The translations under genes and the position numbers were made by a program. A stretch of DNA of 64,000 nt from Trichodelitschia bisporula (Eukaryota): NCBI GenBank assembly GCA_010356995.1, contig ML996693.1, positions 558,001 to 622,000 of the forward strand, in the 5' to 3' direction. The notes under the pieces are model-generated. The model had not been told where the DNA came from, ran no database searches, and saw only the letters and a program-made list of their open reading frames with translations. Positions 60,267 to 64,000 of this stretch are shown here, piece after piece (within the stretch, counting starts at the first letter, position 1; each line of letters begins with the position of its first letter).

Positions 60267-60330
60267 TCGCGTTAAGCATCACCGACGCGTTGTCGCGTGA
60301 GCTTGGCAGTCATGTGGTGATAAGATAAAG
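60267..60330. promoter_or_regulatory. Compact RFA2/DBP10 bidirectional promoter: three MCB-like sites plus tandem GATAA
   Basis: TCGCGT at 60267, ACGCGT at 60285, TCGCGT at 60293 and GATAAGATAAAG at 60319-60330, in a 246-bp divergent spacer. Confidence 0.6.
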
Positions 60331-60443
60331 AAATGCCAAGCATCCGACTTCGACTTTTTCTTTGGCAAGGCGACGAGACTCAAATCCGTCCCACAACATC
60401 AGTCAGCAACTCTTTCACGGCCTGCTAGCCGACCAAATCAAGT

Positions 60444-63128
60444 ATGTCTGGCCGCGCCTCACCGGCGCTTTCGGAAAATGAGTTCGACATCACAGATGCC
60501 CTCTTTGGCCATGAAGAATCCGAGCGCCCATCCCGGCCTGCCACCGGAGCCAACGACATGGACATTTTCGGTTCCGACGACGACGAGGGCTTCATCTCCG
60601 CCCAGCTGGCTTCTTCCAACCGGAAGACTGGTAGTCTCAAAAGCCGTACCGCAAAGAAAGGCGGAGCCTTCCAGTCAATGGGCTTAAACTCGCATCTACT
60701 CAAGGCTATCACTCGCAAAGGATTCTCCGTCCCAACCCCCATTCAGCGGAAAACCATTCCCCTCATTCTCGACGGGCAAGACGTAGTTGGCATGGCCAGA
60801 ACTGGGTCCGGCAAGACAGCAGCGTTCGTCATTCCCATGATCCAACATCTTAAAGCGCATTCAGCCAGGTTTGGAGCTCGGGCTGCTATCATGTCTCCCT
60901 CTCGCGAACTGGCACTGCAGACACTGAAGGTGGTCAAAGAGTTAGGGAAGGGGACTGATTTGCGTACGGTCTTACTTGTTGGAGGTGACAGCATGGAGGA
61001 GCAGTTCAGCGCAATGACTTCGAACCCGGACATCATCATCGCCACACCGGGTCGCTTCTTGCATCTGAAAGTGGAGATGAAGCTGGATCTGTCGTCCATC
61101 GAGTACATGGTGTTTGACGAGGCGGACCGGCTGTTCGAGATGGGTTTTCAGGCTCAGCTCACCGAAATCATGCACGGCCTGCCTTCATCACGTCAGACCC
61201 TCCTATTTTCTGCCACACTTCCCAAGACGCTCGTGGAATTTGCGAGGGCTGGCTTACAGGACCCCAAGCTTGTTCGGCTGGATGCTGAAAGCAAGGTGTC
61301 TCCTGACTTGGAGAATGCCTTCTTCATGGTCAAGAGTGCGGAAAAGGAGGGAGCACTCTTGCATATCCTGCAGGATGTGATCAAGATGCCGACCGGCCCT
61401 CCTGAGGCTGCCAGAATAAACAGGGAGGATCGCAACATGAAAAAGCGCAAGCGCTCCTCGACTGACGCCAATACCGAGGTACCAACTCCGAATTCTACCA
61501 TTGTTTTTGCGGCCACGAAGCACCATGTTGAATATCTCGCCTCGGTTCTTCGAGCAGTGGGTTATGCTGTTTCATACGTCTACGGTTCCCTCGACCAAAC
61601 GGCCCGCAAAATTCAGGTCCAGTCCTTCCGCTCCGGTCTCACCAGCATCCTGGTTGTTACGGACGTGGCGGCCCGCGGAATCGACATTCCCGTGCTGGCC
61701 AACGTAATCAATTACGACTTCCCTTCGCAACCCAAGATCTTTGTTCATCGTGTTGGTCGAACGGCGAGAGCAGGCAGGAAGGGGTGGAGCTACAGTCTAG
61801 TCCGGAGCTCCGACATTCCTTACATGCTGGACTTGCAACTTTTCCTCAGCAGGAGACTTGTGCTCGGTCGAACTGGCCAGGATGCTGCGAATGTGAGCTT
61901 TGCTAAGGATTTCGTAGTCGGCGCCCTCCAGAGGGAGAAATTGGCAACGAGCTGTGAATGGCTACAAAAGCTTCTCGACGAAGACGACGATCTCGAGGGG
62001 CTACGTATCGTTGCGGGCAAAGGCGAAAAACTCTACATGAGAACTCGTAACTCGGCATCATCGGAGAGTGCCAAACGGTCCAAGGAAATACTGGCTCTTC
62101 CCGGGATATCTGAACTCAGTTTGCTCTTCGGGGACGATGTCGCAAATGTAGAGACAGCGAGAGAAGATATGCTTGCACAGATTCAGGGCTACCGCCCGCA
62201 AGAGACTATTTTCGAGGTTGGCAAGCGAGGAGCTGCCAGCACTGAGACGGCAGAGCTCATGCGGAAAGTGAGGAGCAAGATAGATTCACGCAAATCATCA
62301 ACTGTTAAAGGCTTCCCTAGCGGCTCCGAAGCACACGATTCCGGCGGTGTAGGCGGACTACTTTCTAACGATGCCGGCTTGGATGCGGCGGGTTCGGGCA
62401 ATTCCGACGATGAATTCGAAGTCGTGGTGTCGGAAGACCCTAAGAAGAACAAGTCATCGACGAGCGATTCTTGGCAGGATCCAGAGCACTTCATCACCTA
62501 CCTTCCTCGCGAAACGAACGCAGCTGAAGAGCGCGGCTACGGGGTTCATTCGGGCTCGAACAGCACGAAGTCCGAATTCATGGTGCAAGCCCGCGGTGCG
62601 ACAATGGATCTCAACGCAGACGAGTCTCGGGGCTTTGCTGAACCTACGCGTGCAGGGGCGGGCATGCGGTGGGACAAAAAAAATAAGAAGTACGTCTCGC
62701 GCGCGAATGACGAGGACGGATCGCGAGGCGCAAAGCTCGTGCGCGGCGAGAGTGGACAGAAGATTGCGGCGAGCTTCCGAAGCGAGCGCTTCGACACATG
62801 GAGACGGTCCAATAAAATTGACAAGCTACCGAAAGTCGGCGACGCTGAACGCTCGTCGGGCCAGAGGGTGTCGAGCCACTTTGGCGGCGGTGGCAAGCAG
62901 TTCCGCCACAAGCAGGAGAAGGCGCCGAAGGAGGCGGACAGGTTCCGAGATGACTACGACGAGCGCAAGAAACGGGTTGCCGAAGCAAAGGAGAAGCGCG
63001 TCGGGAGGTTCAAGGATGGACCGGGCAAAAAGGAGCTGCGCAGCGTTGACGATGTCCACAAGGAGAGGAGGCTCCTGGCGCAACGGCGAGAGAAGAACGC
63101 GCGGCCGACCAAGAAGCGGCGGATATGA
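60444..63128 (+). CDS. DBP10: DEAD-box RNA helicase Dbp10/DDX54; intronless
   Basis: Q motif [31 protein letters not shown] and [11 protein letters not shown]-terminal [10 protein letters not shown]...[11 protein letters not shown]. Confidence 0.97.
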   Translation: MSGRASPALSENEFDITDALFGHEESERPSRPATGANDMDIFGSDDDEGFISAQLASSNRKTGSLKSRTAKKGGAFQSMGLNSHLLKAITRKGFSVPTPIQRKTIPLILDGQDVVGMARTGSGKTAAFVIPMIQHLKAHSARFGARAAIMSPSRELALQTLKVVKELGKGTDLRTVLLVGGDSMEEQFSAMTSNPDIIIATPGRFLHLKVEMKLDLSSIEYMVFDEADRLFEMGFQAQLTEIMHGLPSSRQTLLFSATLPKTLVEFARAGLQDPKLVRLDAESKVSPDLENAFFMVKSAEKEGALLHILQDVIKMPTGPPEAARINREDRNMKKRKRSSTDANTEVPTPNSTIVFAATKHHVEYLASVLRAVGYAVSYVYGSLDQTARKIQVQSFRSGLTSILVVTDVAARGIDIPVLANVINYDFPSQPKIFVHRVGRTARAGRKGWSYSLVRSSDIPYMLDLQLFLSRRLVLGRTGQDAANVSFAKDFVVGALQREKLATSCEWLQKLLDEDDDLEGLRIVAGKGEKLYMRTRNSASSESAKRSKEILALPGISELSLLFGDDVANVETAREDMLAQIQGYRPQETIFEVGKRGAASTETAELMRKVRSKIDSRKSSTVKGFPSGSEAHDSGGVGGLLSNDAGLDAAGSGNSDDEFEVVVSEDPKKNKSSTSDSWQDPEHFITYLPRETNAAEERGYGVHSGSNSTKSEFMVQARGATMDLNADESRGFAEPTRAGAGMRWDKKNKKYVSRANDEDGSRGAKLVRGESGQKIAASFRSERFDTWRRSNKIDKLPKVGDAERSSGQRVSSHFGGGGKQFRHKQEKAPKEADRFRDDYDERKKRVAEAKEKRVGRFKDGPGKKELRSVDDVHKERRLLAQRREKNARPTKKRRI

Positions 63129-64000
63129 GTGTGGTGTCTCACACGACCCTGCATGCTGCATCTTTGCCATTTCCTTACGACACTTTTTGGTGTGAGCATT
63201 ATTCGACATGTACGGATGTACATCAGAGCCTTGTGCCACTTTGGGTTTAGCCGTTCAGCTTTAACTACCTCCCCAGCCACGATTTGAGGCGCAGCACATA
63301 GAAGTGGCTTAAAATCGATAAATGCTACTTCTTGCTTCAAACACCAATGCGAATGAGGCACTTTTGATTTGTGACGTGCGTCACGGTGGCAGCTGCAGCT
63401 GGCAAAGCGGTGTGTGAACTTAGTTTCAACGAAACATCGCACGAAGAAACGGTGCTTCTTGAGGAACATGCGACATGCCAAGTGCCAGATGATATGCTGC
63501 TGCAAGGAGAGCTCGAACCGAATCCCATCTTCGGCTGCCACTCTGTCAGCAGCAGAAATCCGGGTTCGAGAGATTACAAGCAAGTGCACGGTGGCCCTCG
63601 CATGTAGAGAAGCCATTATATTGACGCAAATTTTGCCCTGCGCCCCGCGCATGTACTGTCTGCCGGTAGACGTCGTTAACTCTTTGTAGAAACGCCACAT
63701 TCGCCAGGGCTGGAAGCCAATAATGCTTGACAGGTGGGCATTGGCGCGCGAGGCCAGGAGCGAGAGAGCAGGACAGCTTTCGTGACTGAACTTTTTTCAT
63801 ACCAGCCCATGGATGCGTAGACAATTCGTCATGGACGATGCCGGCAAAGCAGTTGTCGCATTGAGCTTGCGCATTTATCGACCTCCGGCGATTTCTTTTG
63901 CATCGCGCCCCCGGGACCCCGGTCGGGTGGCCGAGGTGTCGGGGCCAAGAGCCTGCGATCCAATGGTGGCGCTTAATCGGTTAATCTTCCGATGCGGAAA

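Noticed and set aside
62954..63700. 248-aa minus-strand ORF overlapping the DBP10 end
   Set aside because: Non-ATG start, overlap with a real gene and no recognisable motif.

Overview
Intron-containing eukaryotic DNA from a filamentous ascomycete (Pezizomycotina; Dothideomycete-like by my impression, not verified). It is a core-genome block. In order: a large conserved hypothetical gene, tRNA-Asp(GTC), SEC13/PEX20 (divergent), a frameshifted 14-3-3-like gene, the divergent ATP-citrate lyase pair ACL1/ACL2, a GNAT acetyltransferase, BAT1, SCY1, MON2, MMS2, an LYR-motif gene, GIR2, a bZIP factor with an ~8 kb gene-free upstream region, a DDHD phospholipase, a decayed DNA polymerase lambda (Pol X) remnant, SLD3, RFA2 and DBP10. 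I saw no transposase, CRISPR array or secondary-metabolite cluster. The most unusual items are: (1) a duplicated hairpin cassette at 6924-7207 whose wobble pairs favour a minus-strand RNA; (2) the Pol lambda pseudogene; (3) an oriented CGGGTA array between convergent genes; (4) a 9-nt microexon in ACL2; (5) a structured MON2 intron; (6) recurrent local C-rich to G-rich skew flips. All homology calls come from recognising motifs by eye; no database search or folding program was run. Exon boundaries are inferred from splice signals.
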